Shown piece after piece: positions 1 through 13,600 of a stretch of 64,000 nucleotides of DNA. The DNA lies in assembly GCA_037379345.1 (NCBI GenBank), contig CM074518.1, positions 29,946,001-30,010,000 of the forward strand, written 5' to 3'. The position numbers and the translations under genes are program-made. The notes beneath the pieces are model-generated. The model did not search any database. It was given only the letters and a program-made list of their open reading frames with translations, and was not told the DNA's origin. Origin of the DNA: Perna viridis. Lineage: Eukaryota. Each line of letters opens with the position of its first letter. Within the stretch, counting starts at the first letter, position 1.

Positions 1-593
1 ACTTCCGAAGGACTCGGTCATTATTCAAATCATACGTATTTTGTCAATCGGATGGCATCGCGTTTTAACATTTCTTTAACTTATTTACAGTTACTTTTAA
101 AAGTAACCAATACCTATAATCAAAAACAAAATCGAAAAACAAAAAAACAAAACGAGCAACTCATAACGAAGATAATGGGACATATATTGGATAAGGATTG
201 GTCCAGAAATAACGAAAAGGAATGGTTGCAGCGTTCCAGAAAAGAAGGCATTCAATAATATAATTAGCCCATTTTTTGTCCAAACGCCTTTGCAAAATCA
301 ACGAAATTCTTCCTCAACTTGGTAATCGTATCATCAGTCTAAACAAAACCTCCAATAAATGACTGACTGGAACAATTGATATGTAGTTAGATTGTCGTAT
401 CATATAAGCAACTGATATCAGAATATATTGCCCTTCTTCTTTTTGGTCATTTTATCATCTTCTGAGACATGAGAACATATTATATTTTGTGATATAAAAA
501 GAACATCATATGAATGTATTTATTTTACTATTAGCAAGCACAAAATTAGTTGCAACAAAAAACCCATTTTTCAGATATTAGCAAAACGGCCAA

Positions 594-650
594 TATATAA
601 TATAATATAATATAATATAATATAATATAATATAATATAATATAATATAT
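594..650. repeat. (TATAA)n microsatellite
   Basis: Read directly. Confidence 0.95.
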
Positions 651-816
651 GTAAATAATCATATAATATAGCTGAGTACTCTTTGAATACACTCATACCT
701 ACAGAGTTCAACAAGTAAGCATCTTCGATTTTTTAGATAATACAATAACTCGAAAACATGTCTCAATCAAACACTTTTCGAGTCCCTTTACAGCAGTTTA
801 ATCAGTAGTCTTTGGA

Positions 817-1060
817 AGAGAAATCAAGGGAACCAAGGTTACAGCGGTAATCAAAAGATTGTAATCCAGGGACAAAGACCTGACATGGAAAACTGACATA
901 CACAACAAAGAACATAAAGTAACTAAAATCATACATACAAAGTAACAAACACAAATGAGCAACTCGGTGGGTGTTTCTAAAAAAGTAGAGGACGCTTACC
1001 CTACCGATGCACCTGGTCCATGCTCACAGTTTTTAGTTGAGTCCGAGTTGCTCATTTGCA
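817..1060. mobile_element. rearranged (fold-back) 3' fragment of the Penelope-like family
   Basis: 817-967 in minus orientation, ~955-1060 in plus orientation. Confidence 0.8.
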
Positions 1061-1898
1061 AATGCTATGAGTAGATTATTTTTATTAGGTATTATATAAC
1101 TGCTGCCTGTAAGAAGGATTTATAGACTGATTTCTCATATTGAAAATAAATAATGAACCAATTTTAAATCCTTCTTATTAAGTAAATGACAACAATTCCG
1201 TGTATGTTCGTTACGTTCAACGCAATAAAAATCAAGCGTTAAGGGTAAAATCAAAAATATTTTTCTTTTCATAAAATGACTTTCATTTATATGTTCAGAA
1301 TTCGAACTTATTTTTTTCGTTTTCTCGATGCTCTTTTATCTAAAACGTAAAATACAAGCATACTGTTGTCTGGAGTACTGTACACTTCATTTTATTTTCT
1401 AATTTGGAATAGTAAACCGCTCTCTTAACTACATTCATTTTATATTTAAAATATTTGGCCTCTTGATAATCTATCAATCATGCAATATTAGTTAAAAATT
1501 GTAAGCCAAATTCGTTCCTGGTTTCCTGTTTAGAATCGATCCATGAATTATATTTTTAGTTTTATGTGTAATCTCATTCTTTGGTTCGCTATTTTGTGTT
1601 TGTAGATCGTCTCTGTTTCATTTGTTTACATTAAGGTATTGTTTTAAAATTTGAAAGTACTGCTCAATCTTCGATCTTTTAATTTGCCGATATTCAAAGC
1701 AGATTCAGAATAATCAATTGATTTAAATGGCGAATATTGCCATTATAAAGTAAATATCATGATTAAAACAAAAGATGAATTCAAATGATACAGATGGAAT
1801 CTTTTCTTATGAAAGTCTGTGATTATGTGTAATCTGAAACAACACGGTTTTGAATACATCATGATTGAGTTTGTTTGCCTGAATGTTGTATTTTACAG

Positions 1899-2072
1899 AT
1901 AGCTGTCCAGAACTATCTTTGATAGAAATGGAAATGTTAGTCCTAGCATAGCCGATGTGGGCGAAAAAAGCTAATTATACATGTAACGCTGGATATGTAA
2001 TCCAGGGAGGCAGTGAATGAACTTGTGGTACTGATTGTGCATGGGAAGGGAATGATCCCACCTGTAAATGCA
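1899..2072 (+). pseudogene. disabled sushi/CCP-domain exon, copy A
   Basis: CPELSLIE..YTCNAGYVIQGGSE*TCGTDCAWEGNDPTC; -1 and +1 indels, in-frame TGA, donor GT lost. Confidence 0.8.
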
Positions 2073-2901
2073 ACGAGTATTTTTAAAAGCTATCCTATAA
2101 CTGTCGTCTCTGAGAAAGATTTGGAGACTGATTACTCATAGTGAAAGTAAATAATGAACCAATTATGAACTCTTCTTATGAAATCAATGACAAACAAGTC
2201 CGAGTATGTTCGTTTCGTTTTAATCATAAAATATGGTTATGGGTAAGATCAGACCAAATTTCCTATCCATTAAATGACTATCATTTATGTTTTCAGAATT
2301 TGAGTTTATTTTCACAATTTCACGATGCACTCTGTTCTATAAAGTAAAATACAAGCATACTTTACAACAGGAATACATCTTCGTTTTAATTTCTAATGTT
2401 GAATAGCAAACAGCTCTCTTAACTACATATATGTTATATTTACATTATTTGACCGCTTGATAATCCATCAATCATACAACCTTAACCATACGTTGTAAGC
2501 CAAATTCATTCGTGGTTTCTTGTTTGGAATCGATCAGTGAATAATCTTTTTAGTTTTATAAGTAATTTTTTTATTCTGTCCGCGACTTTGTGCATGTAGA
2601 TCGTCTCTGTTTCATGTGTTTACGTTAAGGCCGTGTTTTTAGATTTGTTCGTCAAGCTCACGCTCCGGTATTTTCATTTGTCAATATTCATAACCGATTC
2701 AGTAACTTCAGCATTGTCAATTGATTTTACTGTGAATATTTTCATTATAAAGAAAATGTCGTGATTGAAACAAATATTATTTTAAAAAGATACGGATGGA
2801 AACTTTCTATATGTTTTTGTGTAATCTGAAACAACATGAATTCATTCGGTTTTTGAATAGCTTATTATCGAGCTTGTTTCCCTGAATGTTGTAATTTACA
2901 G

Positions 2902-3074
2902 ATCGCTGTCCAGAACTTTCTTTGATAGAAAATGGAAATGTTAGTCCTAGCATAGCCAATGTGGGTAAAAAGCTACTTATACATGTAACGCTGGGTATGT
3001 AATCCAGGGAGACAGCGGACGAACTTGTGGTACTGATTGTGCATGGGAAGGGTATGCTCCCACCTGCAAATGCA
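2902..3074 (+). pseudogene. sushi/CCP-domain exon, copy B, with 1-bp frameshift
   Basis: CPELSLIENGNVSPSIANVG-fs-ATYTCNAGYVIQGDSGRTCGTDCAWEGYAPTC; AG/GT intact; the indel is in an A run and could be an assembly error. Confidence 0.75.
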
Positions 3075-3441
3075 GTTAGTACATTTTTATTATTATTTAA
3101 CCATAGATTGGCCATAATAAGCAGGATTTAAAATTAAGTATTTACAGTGAATACGAAAAATCCTTGATGCATTTCTTTTTAAAAAGATAGTATGCATGCA
3201 TACTTAAGTTTTGAATGCGTTGCTCGTTGTTAGACTGGCATTCGGTGAAGTATTGCCCAAAATACATTTATATTGATAAATACAAAGTTTCTTTATAAAT
3301 ATCTTATTCAGGCATATTTCCTTGATTAGATATGGTTCGGATGGATTAGACAGGTTTCAAGTACATGTATGGTTGACGTTTTCTTGCTCCAACATCAATA
3401 TCAATAAATACTAATAATCAAATCTTTTCATTTACAAATAG

Positions 3442-3621
3442 ATGCATGTACAAATGTGCCAGAAAATGAAGGCATTATTACTGGACAATTTGTTAATGGA
3501 GGTGGTGTCTAGGTGGGGAATGCCTTTTCCTTCAAATGCGATGATGGATACTCAATGATCGGTTCAGAAGATATGAAATGTCAAAATACAAAAAGAATTT
3601 TAGTTGTAGTCGTAATATCAG
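3442..3621 (+). pseudogene. disabled sushi/CCP-like exon
   Basis: ACTNVPEN...GGGV*VGNAFSFKCDDGYSMIGSEDMKCQ; TAG at 3510-3512. Confidence 0.7.
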
Positions 3622-4071
3622 GTAGGAGGTTATTTATGCATGTAAAAATTCAACAACAAAATACTCTTTTATTTCTTATACGTGTTTGTTGCGTTGCACT
3701 GTGAAGACAAAAAATACCGGTATATAGATAGTACATAACATTTGCACTTTTGCAAGAGTTATCATTCTTAATTTTGTTTATCTAAAGGAGGAATAAATGT
3801 ATTTCTCCCATTCATAGGCTTCATTCACACCGCACGAGAGAGTAATTTAAAAATTGTAATTTCCCGCCACGTGCCAGGAAATTAAAATATCGCGTGAAGA
3901 CTCCCACGCTTACAACGCTTACCATGTTTACAGGTGTTATTCATAGTGTTAAACAATTAAATACTTGTTGATTTATGAATGGAGGGTAGGTTGAAGTTGT
4001 GATAATTAAGGGTGTTATTAAATTTTTTTTTATGGTTTTATTCATGGGAAGAACAGATTCTCCCTCATTTC

Positions 4072-4148
4072 TCTCGTGGATTAAAGCATTTCTCCACTCT
4101 CGATAGTTTTACTAACTCGAGTGGAGAAATCCTGTAATCCCCTCGAGA
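4072..4148. repeat. imperfect palindrome
   Basis: ATTTCTCCACTC (4088-4099) / GAGTGGAGAAAT (4119-4130) with outer arms. Confidence 0.75.
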
Positions 4149-4939
4149 CTGAAAGAGATCTATATATACATACATATGTTCTCGAAAACACAGACATGTA
4201 TGTAGAGAAGTCCTTAGTAAGAATATGGAGTATTTAGATAAGAAAAAACAACTTTACATATTTATTTATGTTACCGTCATGGAATTGACATCGATTAAGA
4301 TTTATTTTACATTATTGTCCTCGTCACTGTGCTGTATTCAAAGTAACGACAAAACGTTTTATACGAATAATTAATTGAGTTGAATTACATATTTTCAAAT
4401 ATTACAACACTTTTATAATATAATACTTTTTTTTTTAAATTAGACCTTGTTTCGGTTGGGATACAATTTCATAAATGTTTACCTAAATTACAATTCCATG
4501 TCTAATTTGTTTATACATGTATATACTATAACTAAAACCTTTAACAGAAACTAATGGCAACTAGAAATCATTAAGATGTTCATAGGCCACTATCCATGGT
4601 AAGCGACACACCATCTTTATGTGATTTACCCATATGCAAAATATCAAAAGCCCACACCGAAAGACAAAACAAATACAGCCAGAAGACGACTTTGTCATCC
4701 TAAAACAGGAATTTGACCGTGAGATTAAAGTTCAAGGTCATATACCACTTTCCACGGTAGACAGCACATCGTCTTTAAATGATCTTTCCACATGCAAAAT
4801 ATCAAAAGCCTTCTTCGAAAGAAAAATAAAATACTGTCCGGACACGAGTTTGTAACGGAAGAACAAACAGATTTATCACTTTATGGAGATGGGGACCTTA
4901 TTATGATTTTTCCGTCAAAATTTCATAAATTCTTTCCAG

Positions 4940-5103
4940 ATTGTGTACTGCCAAATATACAGAATGCGATTGTAGATGGTGATGTGTCTATTGGAGGTAC
5001 TTTTAGGGTCGTTTGTGCAGATAAGTATGGACTATGTGGAGTAAGAAATCTAACATGTACTGAAAATTCCACATGGGATAGCTCAATCCCTCATTGTAAG
5101 TAA
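4940..5103 (+). CDS. sushi/CCP-domain exon with open frame, probably part of the same decaying gene
   Basis: CVLPNIQNAIV...FRVVCADKYGLCGVRNLTCTENSTWDSSIPHC; C..C..C..W..P.C pattern; acceptor TTCCAG; 3' end ambiguous (donor at 5096 or stop at 5101-5103). Confidence 0.7.
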
Positions 5104-6022
5104 ATAATTTATTTCAGTTTAGTACAGATCAATAGCAAATGTTAAACTCATGCTAAACTACAGTCATTTCAATGTATCTGTTGCAGAAATGTTATAATCC
5201 ACACGATACAATGTAAGGAGATATATTTGAAACACAGCTGTAATCTACACGGTTCTCATTTATTAAAATTGAATTTAACAAATATAGTAAAATTATGCAA
5301 GAGAAAACTGCGGTATGTTTGCAAATTATTGGAAAGCTTGTATTAACAGAAACATCCAATTAATCAAACTATATTCGTGATTTAATCCTATGTATCACTA
5401 CTCATTATTACATACCATTGCATCTTCGGCTATTTTCTTTAATTCATGATTAGTTGTTTAGATTTTGTTAATAGGTGTTTTAAAGAACGTGTTCGAATCC
5501 ACATCATATGTCGGCCCAAATGGTCACACTTATTTATTTATTGTGGAGCTTCATTTTCGGAAGCAAACGTAAATAACAGCATGATCATCACTGTTTCTGG
5601 TTACAAAATTACTAATGCACGTAAGAGACCATTTCATTTTAATTGTGGGTTAGTTGATGAGCATGCGTACAACATTCCCAATGAACACTTATGCGAAGAA
5701 AATTATTTTGTATTCGAAAGTCCTATTTCCCAGAAATATATTTCAGGCATGCTCGTCGACTTAACATTCAAAGAATGTTTTAAACAGTAGTTCACAAACA
5801 CACTCGGACACTTCCTTTTTTGTGTGTCTTCTATTCTCTATATTTCGATACCCGCAAAAGATAATAATCGACTTTATGAAATAATTAAAATTCATGAGAA
5901 ACGAAACAATTTTGTTGTATGACTTGTTACAAGTCAGTTTCATTTTTGGTCCTCTGAAGCTAACGAATATCAGCTTATTCATCTGCTAGAGAAAACATGT
6001 CTTTTACACAATTTTTGTTTAA

Positions 6023-6150
6023 GGAGGTAGACCTAGGGCAAGGGACACAAATATAACAAATCATTGGAATGTTTGTTTTCAGCATTTTACATATGATACA
6101 AACGTATCACTGATTTCAAGAGTTATGTCCCTTACCCTATGTCTACCCCC
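6023..6150. mobile_element. internally deleted copy of the same TTAA MITE
   Basis: Same TIRs; TTAA at 6019-6022 and 6151-6154. Confidence 0.75.
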
Positions 6151-7404
6151 TTAAGTGCAACCTTACTATGGTTTGTTTTGGTAAGGTGAAATGGTTCATT
6201 TAAGCTTATGATTCATTCAGATACACAAATATTAATCGCAATAAGTTCTGTTTTACTTATTAAAAATGACAACATACGCTTCGTTTGATATTCAAGAATG
6301 TATTTTGTATTTCAATAAGGAAATAAGTTAATGTTAAGTTGATTGCTCTTCGCATTTTATGTTTTAAGTTTTATTTTGTTGCTTTTTTGTCATTAAGAGG
6401 CAATGAAATGAAACAATGACTGACCTATGTTGATATATAACTACCTAAATGAAGGGAAATTACAAAATTACTGAACTGATACAATCACATAAATGCCCGT
6501 TTAACAAATAGCAATATTAGGGTAAAAACCGGAGTTTTGGAAACCACTGTGATAGATAACTGTGAAAAATTGTGTTAAAATATACGGAAATAAAGACCTG
6601 TAATGGAATCTGCTGGTATAGCGCGCTATAAATCCTGGTTTTATCAACCTATCATATTTGAAAACATGGGCCAAGCTTCCATTAGGGTTCTTTTTCTATA
6701 TATTTTGACACATTATGCGCAGTATAATTATGCCTTCAGTCAAAATCTGTAAAATCAGTACCGAAACAGTACAAAAGATATGAACAATAAATCAGTAAAA
6801 ATAAAAAGAATTAAGTACAATAACAATCTTCAAGAAAGTCTTGACCTTGAGGAGAAGACACATCCAGTTTAAGATAAAAATGATAATGATTTACAAGAAG
6901 CTACCGAAAATTAATTTGCAGACATTATAAAAAGTGAATGGTAGGGATTAACTAAGCAATGTAGTAATGTTTGGTTTCTTCTCTCTCTTCAACATACTGA
7001 TGATGATGAATCTTCTATACACTGATTAGTCTGAAGTCAGTGTTGGAATTATTCGTGGTCAATTAATAATAAGTATACTTTCCCCAACACTTATGTGCTA
7101 AAACTGATTAAGCTATCGTCTCAAATGCAATAAAAAGTCTTAAAAAATCTAAAACCAATCCCAATAAAAAAATTAAGAGTAATCGAAATGGATGAACGGA
7201 CATCCCTATAATAATAAACATGAAATCAAGGGCCCAGTTTGTTCAACCAAATTAAAAAAAAACACGGTCTTAACTTATGGCCAAACATTCAATCAATATC
7301 AAAATAATTGGCAAATCAGCTAGATGGCGCAAAAACAAAAACAACAATTATTTAAGTTATTAACATAAATTGATCACAGCTGAGTAAATCTAAAGGAAAG
7401 TGCC

Positions 7405-7626
7405 TCAGTACCACTCAATTTCCGAACCAGTCAACTCAACATTACTTTTACTCCTCGAATGCTCTTTCGATTGCTTGTGTACTACTGCTTTGTCTGTGAG
7501 TTTTTTTCTAGGATCGGTAATATGAGAGAATTTCACAGCAATTATCATTATGAAGACAACTATGACTAATAGTACAAAGCAAGTACTACCGGCTACTACT
7601 ATAGCAAACGTCTCACTAAATAGGCC
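7405..7626 (-). CDS. VWA7: VWA7-like exon 20 (transmembrane helix, cytoplasmic tail, stop)
   Basis: GLFSETFAIVVAGSTCFVLLVIVVFIMIIAVKFSH...EIEWY*; acceptor TTTGTAG; TGA at 7405-7407. Confidence 0.78.
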   Translation of the reverse strand, partial: GLFSETFAIVVAGSTCFVLLVIVVFIMIIAVKFSHITDPRKKLTDKAVVHKQSKEHSRSKSNVELTGSEIEWY

Positions 7627-10600
7627 CTACAAACACAAAATCAAAATAGTAATGATTATATTGTTTTACAGACAATACCATATCATTCTATCACAATTTC
7701 TAGTTTGTCTGAGTACAGCTTTCTGAGTTTTCTCCAGTCAAATACCTATGTCGTCAATTTATCTTTGTAATTTGAATTAATGAATGCACTAAAAACAGCT
7801 GTTCCTAACAAGATCTTAGTTTTATGAAATTGTTTTTACATTTTGTTTTTTTTTACTTCGTCACAACTAAGTTCTACATACTTTGGTAAGTTTATCAGTG
7901 CTGGATTTGACTTCCTATTTAAACATTTTGATTACTTCTTAAATATACTTTATCTTTGGATCTTTAACTTCCAAAGTATTTGGTTCTTATGCTGCTGAGG
8001 AGATGTTACATTTTTTTAGCATATGTACAGCATACCGAAAACTGCATTATCAATATAAGTGTTTCTGTACTGTGCCGAAAATGAGAGAAAAATTAATTAC
8101 GTTATACACTATTGGTACTTGTGTCACAGGTTCCTGAACTTGTTCTGATGGTTCTATTGGTTTTCCGTCAGACAGGTCAAGATGACATTGTGTTATGTAA
8201 CCATCTTTATCTACAGCGTCAATAGTTAATACGGGAGTACAACAATCGCCACTGAAACCATATAACCACTAGTAATGAGATTTGTTCTTCTTTTGCATAA
8301 ACGTTCTATCAATTTGGCGGCCGTTTCTAGAAAAGCAGAGGACGCTTGCCCTACCGGTGCACCTGGTCCATGCTCCAAGTTTTTAGTGGAGTCCGAGTTG
8401 CTCATTTGCTTTGTATGTATGATTTTATTTACTTTATCTTCTTTGTTGTGTATGTCTGTTTTCCAAGTCTGGTCTTTGTCCCTGGATTACATTCTTTACC
8501 ACTATAACCTTGGTTCCCTTTATTACTCTTATCCAATATAAATTTCCGTTTTTAAATACTGCAGAACATGTGTGCGTATGACTTGTAGCTTTGTATTTCA
8601 TCCATAATGCATTAAAAATATAAAGGAAAAAAGATTTGTTGAAGATCTAATCTTTTTTATTGAAAATAAAACTAGAAATAGTGCAATATTCAGACGATAT
8701 TCTGTGAAAGTTTCATTAAATACATTCAGTTGTGTAGGATAAGAGATGGGTATTCTATATTCATAAAAAGACATATTATGTTGTGACCCCGCTCTCCCCC
8801 TAAGGAGCAAATTTTAAAAATTAAGACAAAGTAAGACATAAATACTACTCAGATCAAACTTTAATAATCAAACGTGCTAATCATCAATATTTAATGAATT
8901 CTCAGTAAAATTTTCAATAATTTAGTTGGGTAGGTGAAGTTTAGGATAAACGATGGGTACCACTCTGGGTAACAGAAGTTTGAACAGAAGGACGTACATC
9001 CCTACCATAATAAACATAGACTTTGTATAAGACACTTTGTTGAATGATATTGTGCAAAGGAAGTTTGGTCGGTTTATATCAGTAAAACAAGGATTCTATA
9101 AAATGACTTTCAATTTCCATATATCTTAACAAATTTATTCTTAGTATTATAAAATACACTTCGACAATTCGTTCTCGGTTTATGCTTTCAGTTAAGTTAT
9201 GCATACACCAGTACCCTTTTTTAAAAATCAAGGCGAAGACAAATGCACCTTCATTATGACAGTCGATGCTTTTTTATAAGGTCGTGTTGTCATCAGTTCA
9301 GTTGTTCAATTAACAGCAACGGGCAAGCACATGTTTAGAACTATATTCATTGTTAAAAGTCCTTTAACTTAAACGAAAATAATTTCCATGTTATGACAAA
9401 TATTATATGAAAAACGAGGAGTAAGAAAATTCTGATAAGTTACATTCGAGATGTAGACATGGAAAGAAACCGGTATGTATCATTAAACGTCCATTACAAG
9501 TTAGGCATTTGTAACATTGATGTTTTTTTTTTTTATTATAATCAGAATAGATGTTTTATTATAATCAGAATAGATTAATATATTTTTTTATGTTGTTGGT
9601 TTTTAATATACGGACGTAAAATGGGTTTATTATGAGCAACTACAAATCAGAAATGACGTCCTTTGTCTAAGCTCGAGTGTTAAACTGTAAGTTTGTATTG
9701 CATCTTTTACCCTGTTTTGGAGTTCAGGCTGGTGTTTGTTTGAGGATGCTTGACCTACTCGTGCAGATCTATGCATAATTTTAGGGAAGTTTGGGTAACT
9801 TATTAACTATAAATTTTGTTCTTTTTACTTTAGCTTTTTGTATGTAATTTATAGACTCAAACCGCCTTGTCGCATGAATTTTCAAAATTTGATTAAATTA
9901 CATGTACTACATGTGTGCAAAATTACACATAGCTTATTTCACTTAGTAACAATTTGATAACTAACCTGATGTTTACATGAATTGGCCCGTTTGTTATTCC
10001 AGTTATTTTACCATACTGCATAACAATAACATCTCCTCCATCATGTGTAATACTTTCCAATTCAGTTTCTTGAAAATCAATCTGTGCACTGGTGTACCAA
10101 GTGTACTTTGAGCAATTAGCAGTGTTCAGAGACGACGTAGGACAAAGATCAGGCAATGTTGTCACTTCACATATTGGTCTTTCTATCTGGGTTACCTAAT
10201 AATTAGACCTTTTATATCTAAGAAAGTCAGCAAATGTACGTCAGAGTTTTAGTTTTTTCCAATTTCCTATTTTTTTCAACAGAACTTTGGTAGGACAAAC
10301 TTTGAATTTAAAGACCGGTATATAGTTTCTTTCTCTAATTTATGAAAAAAATCTGTTCTTATAGTATGAAAAGAAATGATATTTACAGTAAATTTTAACA
10401 ATGATTGAGGAGTGAGTATTCATTGATAAAGATTACTGCACAAAGATCTTGAATGAAGAACAAATCCTACATTGGTAGGATAACTGCGCAATTAAATGAG
10501 TAGCGGAACCGGCTTTGATAAGGACAACTATTAAAATATGTTTTTTTTTAAGATACTCGCGGTAATTATTTTAATTCCAATTCAAATTGCATAAAAATTT

Positions 10601-13600
10601 GATGTGAAAAAAAAAACTAAATTTTTCTGCGTTTTAGCGTGAGCAACGCTATTTAATGAATACAATTGTTGGTTTGAATTGTGTTCTAAGTCACAGGGCT
10701 AAAACAAAGTAAAAACAGATATAACTTCAAACAAAAAGTGGATTCAATACTAAAACACGATTTGGAAATGTAGGAAACCAAATTAACTGGAACATATCCA
10801 TGATCATGGACAGAACAAGTAAAAAGTAAAAAAAAAACCCATTTTTCAGAATATTACACTCTGAAACGACCACACTTAACAAATGGAGATAATGTAGGTG
10901 CTTCGGAATGATGAGCAGTTCCTGACAATTGTTATAAATACATAAAACTAAATACAAGAAAACAATGCGACAATTTCAGCTAAGGTTAAAAATGTTATAT
11001 TGATATTTAGTACGATTCGAATTTTTAAGCTCCCTTAATAGTTTAAATAGTACCTAATCACCTTTAACAACGAGTGGTTATATATATATATATTTAAATA
11101 AGATACTTATATATTAAAATAAGCTTACAACAACTGTTCCTGTGAATTTCTGTTGTTCTGTAAACGTTGCCAAATTGATCATTTTCACTGAATATTGACT
11201 GAAAATACAGATATACATAATGATTTGGTTACCACAGCATAAAAAAACAACTAGCGCTATAAATAAAATTGAAGAAAACTAATAAAACAGTGACAAATGC
11301 TCACTAACTTGATACCCCACTCTCCCACTTGATAACACACACTTCTTGACCTCCGAACTGATTTTGGCAAAAATTAGAATTAGGAAGTGCATAATGGGAA
11401 TAGGTGATAAAGATTCTCTCAAAGTTAAATTAAAATTCCATTTAGTGGTGTATTAAGGGTAACGGATTGAAAGAAATTGTTTTCCCTCTGCATGACAGAT
11501 GGGAGACAGCATGGACGGACATGGTGTAACTTGAAGGGTTTTGACAAGCTTGAATCAACTCCTATAATTTATAAAAATTAACCAACTGAAGACAGGTGCA
11601 GAACAGCGATCACCCTTCAAACTCGCTAATTAAGTACTGGTTATTATATCTACATTACGTAAATAATGTTCACGGAATTGAAACAAAAAGTTGGCTAAAA
11701 GTATGACAGTGTACTGTTGTCTGTGCAAAAGACATAATTCGTCTTAAACAAATTCAACCGAAATAATACCATGTAAATGTTCCAAATACTCAAGATTCGT
11801 CTTAAGTGCAGGAAGTATTTCGGTTCGACACCAGACCTAATTATACAAGAGACTTTAAAATTAGTAGTAGCTGCTTCTCCACATAGCACACGATAAAATA
11901 GGTCAAGATTGACGACTAGTTGGTTCGAAGTCGGAATTACTATGTCTGAGGTGACGTGTTTGTTGTTTTCTGTGGTTTACTGCTAACACATTAAAATCTG
12001 TGTCAATTCAATAGCAGTTCTAGCTGTAAGATTAATCAAAGGTTTTCGGTCTGAAATATCTAAAAATTGACGTTTACCTAAAATTAATCAATCGTTACCA
12101 AGGGTAGAGTGATAAATTTCAATTCACTTCAGTAAACTTGTTTCAAATGTTTAAAATGACCATGCTTGTTATTCAAAATGTCAGTTCGGTACCTCATACC
12201 TTTTTTGAATTTATAGTGTTATCACATTTATGAACAGTTCAGGTTTGGATTGTTACGACAAGAAGTAAAAAATATGAAATAAGAATTCAGGAACTTAAAC
12301 GCATAACAGATTTTTAAATTATTTCAATTGAAATAGACATGTTTTTCTTGAATATCAGTTACTATAACATCTTTGAGTTAAATCTTGGATGTATTTATGT
12401 GTCAATTTCAAGTCGGAGTAAAAAAGTATTTTTTTTCAAATTTACATTGATTGTTCATTCAACCTTTTTTTTAAAAAAAAACAAGAAATCGACATTAGTA
12501 AGCCTAACGCAAAATTGCAAATAATGATGCGATCTTTTATTAATGACGAAAAAAATCCCTAAATAGTCAAATTCTGAGCCTGAGATTTGACGGTCGTAAA
12601 TATGATTGATTGATAGATTGTTGTTTAAGATCATATGGAAGATATTTCGTGCATTTTAGGACAAGAAACTTTTATCCAACCGAGGGACAGAGTCTTTGAT
12701 GCGACTCGGTCCGGAATTGAACGCGAGACCACCCCTCGAGTCTGTTCGTAAAATATAAGATGACATGGCTTCTAACTTTGATGTAGATACATTAAATTAT
12801 TTAAGTTCGTACAAAATTCCAGTAGACGTATTTGGAAGAAGACTAAAATTTCCTTCAACAGATTCTCCTGGTTGGACTGTGTGTTGATAGGTACTTGGAT
12901 TTTGTGTTAGAGAATTCATGTCTTCCAGTGAAACTCTATATGTATCATTGTCTGATCCAGTATTCGTTATGGTGTATGGTACTTTATATTCCTTGCCAAG
13001 CGTTGCATCACCTTAAATAGATAGTGAAGTGGGCTTTTAAATGTTTCGTATTTCTCAGACTCATTAATATCAACAAGTTTACATAAAAAAGAGATTAGTT
13101 TTCCCAAACAAGAATGTGATAGTACCATACTATCGCAGTTAGGAACTGTCCTAAATGATAAGAATTTAAAAAAAACTTAGTCTGACAATCAAGTTATGCT
13201 TCCCATTTCCACCTTTTTCGAAGATTATGCACCAACCAGCGCAACTGTGATAAGATAACAAATAAATTACATGCATTCTAAAAGTCGAGTTTACATTGCA
13301 CAATGATTAATAGTAAGTGCCTATAACAAAGTATACTTTAATCTGTTGATTAAAAACGAAGATCAAGTTGGTGTTCACTTGTTACAAATACTTTTAAATA
13401 GATTTTTCTGGCATAATCTGTTCTTTTGTTTTAATGTTACAACCTCCCTATTTTTAAAAACTATCCGTTTTGGTCAATCATATGTTTTCATATATTGTAG
13501 TCGAGATTGTGTCAATCATCGTAAATTTCTATTAAACGCAAATAAATCTGATGACGTCGTACATCTAACTAAATGTCTTTCACATCTATGCACGTCTAAC

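Larger units (their letters stand above)
1060..3080 (+). repeat. ~1-kb tandem duplication of intron plus sushi exon
   Basis: 1060-2075 aligns along its length with 2075-3080 (shared AAATAATGAACCAATT, CTCTCTTAACTACAT, GTAGATCGTCTCTGTTTCAT). Confidence 0.9.

Noticed and set aside
255-345. Minus-strand FVDFAKAF, resembling a LINE RT motif
   Set aside because: Isolated, flanked by stops, with no other RT motifs nearby.
7975-8045. Hammerhead ribozyme relic (CTGAGGAG...CGAAA)
   Set aside because: No supporting stems; other CTGATGA hits (6998, 13548, 35509) also lack the required helices.
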